DNA from: a virus
Direction: 5' to 3' (one strand)
DNA: 64,000 nt
IMG/VR virus record: IMGVR_UViG_3300032523_001141
Location: 1-64,000 of that record
Made by a program: the position numbers and the translations under genes
The notes under the pieces: model-generated
Told to the model about the DNA's origin: nothing
The model's input: only the letters and a program-made list of their open reading frames with translations
The model's database searches: none
Shown: positions 61,654 through 64,000 of the stretch, piece after piece
Layout: each line of letters begins with the position of its first letter
Position numbering within the stretch: position 1 is the stretch's first letter

Positions 61654-64000
61654 TTATACGACCAAGTGAAGTTCAATATTGTTCAACGGCGCGGGCACGA
61701 CCAAATCAAGCACGACTTCGATCCGGTCTTTGAGCAGTGGGTGAATACGCAGCACGCGGATTTCGCCGCTTATTAGCTGCGCGCCAAGCTCTGCTGTGTA
61801 ACCGCTTGTCGCGAGAAAATCGAGGATTTCGTTAACACGATTCAGGATGTAGTCAACCATTCCTGGCGTGGCGTTTGTGCGGCCGATGTACGGGCGCAGA
61901 CGACGCAGGAACAAGTACGCCAGCGAATCGACGTTACGCCGAATCATCTCTTCTCGGCGGTTGAGGTCAAGGTTATCGGTCGTGAGGCCGTGCCGCGTGA
62001 ACGGCGTGCCGTCTCGATCCTCCGTTACGATCCACACGCCAGCTTCGGCCATACGGTTAAGCTGCGTCTCGTTAAACATCTTGTACGAGCGCGTGTAGTC
62101 GTCAAAACCCGCAACTTCAACGTTTGTCATGCCTTGATGCGGTACAACACCGGACACAAGACCCCCGAGCGCGGCCGCCAGATAATATCCGGGCTGCAGG
62201 CGACCGGCGGAACCAACCTGATCAGGCCATATCGCGCAGATACGCCGACTGCCCCAAGCACCAGCTTGCGAGGCAATGTCGTCAGCCATCTCTGTGCGAC
62301 TCAGGTTGTGCCAAACTTCAACGCGCTCAGCTTCAGTCACCGGGGCTCCGGTACCTGTGTAAAGCAGCAGCGAGTTTTCAGAGAGCACCTCGTCAACAAC
62401 GTATTCGCTGTACGTTGTCTCGCCAAAACCGTTAACAGCAAAACCGTATCGCACGATGTCGCCCGGAACCACGCCGTTTGTAATAAAGTAGCTGTTGTTC
62501 TCTTCTACGAGGAGCAGCGTGAACTGGTCGCCGCTAGCACTGTCGTTATCGCTGACAGTTGCAAGCACTACGTCAGACACATTGCCGGAAACGCCGTCGA
62601 TGGCCGCGCCCTCGCCGACTACGAGCCTTGTCGAATTTGACTGAATGCCGAAGAACCCGGCCTTCCAGTTATTTGCAATCTCGTTCGACTCGTTATTGAT
62701 GTGCGCTGCGTATAACGACTGTACCTGCTTGTTGAACGTCATCGGCACGAGGTTATACAGATCGTCGCGACCCTTGAGCCGCTCAAGTACCTCGCCCCAG
62801 CTGTCCAGATCGTCAGGCTCGCATACGCCCGTGTACTTAACGGCTGTTCCGTTTGAGTTTGAGAGCGCCTTGAAAACGCCCCACTTTAGCGGGTTATCAG
62901 GGTCAAGCTGGCCGGGGATGACGTTAAGGTCGCCGACACTTGAAATAGACTCTACTGTGTCGCACAGATCAGCGACCCATTCGCGGTACTCAAGGTATAG
63001 CTGCCCGCGCGAAACAGGCAACGGCAGCGCTGTGCCGGCGTCCGTCCACTCGGGGTGGAACGCGGTCACGCCAGACTTAACAACAATCTGAGTAGCTTCC
63101 AGCTCGTAATTAACGCCCGAAGTCGTATTTAGCCGGTTCTCGGAAATTTGAATATCGTCTTTGATGAATAGGCTCATGTCCAGACTGGAAAGCTCCAGCA
63201 TATCGGCCGGGAGATTGTCGCGAAGGATAAGTTTGTTTACAGCGCCGGCCGTGCTGGCCACGACCGAAACGTACCACTTATCTCCCTTGACCATAGTCGT
63301 AACCGGCGATGTTCCGTCGATGTCGGCTACGAAAGCAACGCTTACGCCGTACTGACCTACCGGGAAGTAATTACCGGCAGCTGTGCCGGAGCTCGTTACC
63401 TCAAACGGGGCCGCGTAGTCGAGGCCCTTGGTCGTGCGGACGCTCACCTGCGGCGGCGTGTCGCCTTCGCCTGCGCCGGAGATGTAGCCGCCCTTTACGC
63501 ACTCTAAAATATACGTGTCGTTGTAATTGCCGGTGTAGTTACCACTGATGTTCGACTTTGCACGAACTTTCGTGAAGTCCTGCCGAATAGTGATGCTCCA
63601 CTTCTGCCCGATTACAAAGTTACTAGCAATGATGTCAGCGGCTGCGGCCGAGGCTATGCAACCAGGGCTCGATAGGGCGCTAAATGTAACTTTTAACCCA
63701 CGCGCGCCGATTACAATTTCGTCCCCGATGTTACCGGGGTTTAACTCGGCCACATCGTCAAGGCTGCTAGTCGAGCGCACGCGCATACGCGTACCTGTGC
63801 AACCAGCAACAGACGAATTAATTACTTCAATTGTGTACGTCTCGGTAAGAGCGCCGTCAACAAGGCCGTCATACTCGCTAACATCGATATCTAAAATGGC
63901 AACGCAATTAACTGGACCAGAGATTTGAGCGCTGTCCAGCACTTCGTTACCGCTCTCCGAATTAAAATCACTCTCGTTGCCGCTGTCCATTACTGCGGCG
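61654..64000 (-). CDS. contractile tail sheath protein (5' end probably outside the window)
   Basis: C-terminal GVWIV...TRHGLTTD...REEMIRRNVD...YIGR...IEVVLDLVVPAPLNNIEL; frame is open past 63990 to the edge. Confidence 0.85.
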   Translation of the reverse strand, partial: AAVMDSGNESDFNSESGNEVLDSAQISGPVNCVAILDIDVSEYDGLVDGALTETYTIEVINSSVAGCTGTRMRVRSTSSLDDVAELNPGNIGDEIVIGARGLKVTFSALSSPGCIASAAAADIIASNFVIGQKWSITIRQDFTKVRAKSNISGNYTGNYNDTYILECVKGGYISGAGEGDTPPQVSVRTTKGLDYAAPFEVTSSGTAAGNYFPVGQYGVSVAFVADIDGTSPVTTMVKGDKWYVSVVASTAGAVNKLILRDNLPADMLELSSLDMSLFIKDDIQISENRLNTTSGVNYELEATQIVVKSGVTAFHPEWTDAGTALPLPVSRGQLYLEYREWVADLCDTVESISSVGDLNVIPGQLDPDNPLKWGVFKALSNSNGTAVKYTGVCEPDDLDSWGEVLERLKGRDDLYNLVPMTFNKQVQSLYAAHINNESNEIANNWKAGFFGIQSNSTRLVVGEGAAIDGVSGNVSDVVLATVSDNDSASGDQFTLLLVEENNSYFITNGVVPGDIVRYGFAVNGFGETTYSEYVVDEVLSENSLLLYTGTGAPVTEAERVEVWHNLSRTEMADDIASQAGAWGSRRICAIWPDQVGSAGRLQPGYYLAAALGGLVSGVVPHQGMTNVEVAGFDDYTRSYKMFNETQLNRMAEAGVWIVTEDRDGTPFTRHGLTTDNLDLNRREEMIRRNVDSLAYLFLRRLRPYIGRTNATPGMVDYILNRVNEILDFLATSGYTAELGAQLISGEIRVLRIHPLLKDRIEVVLDLVVPAPLNNIELHLVV

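Noticed and set aside
46338-64000. Bacterial eCIS, T6SS or tailocin locus
   Set aside because: Terminase, tRNA, primase-like and dense phage accessory genes with no host housekeeping genes favour a true phage

Overview
This 64-kb window is a piece of a large myovirus-type (contractile-tailed) bacteriophage genome in the standard genetic code, encoded mostly on the minus strand. The host is probably a Planctomycete, inferred from recalled Planctomycete-like protein families. Bases 1-26000 hold small accessory and early genes: a MazG-like protein, an HldD-like ADP-heptose epimerase, a MoxR AAA+/vWA pair, a dATP/dGTP diphosphohydrolase-like protein, a GNAT, CsrA, tRNA-Thr(TGT), a degenerate primase-like protein and an isolated plus-strand terminase large subunit. 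Bases 26000-64000 are a tail operon: sheath (runs off the end), tube, spike, tail-assembly chaperone with a -1 slippery site, tape measure, hub, an embedded sigma-70 factor, a gp25-like protein and a baseplate-J-like protein. These are followed by an unusual ~20-kb appendage module. Its proteins are Cys-rich and poly-Ser-tagged, and include five tandem paralogues and a 1791-aa baseplate-associated protein with a circularly permuted FGE/C-lectin-like domain and a leishmanolysin-like metalloprotease domain. No CRISPR array, transposase, integrase or reverse transcriptase was seen. All family assignments come from motif recognition by eye, not database searches.
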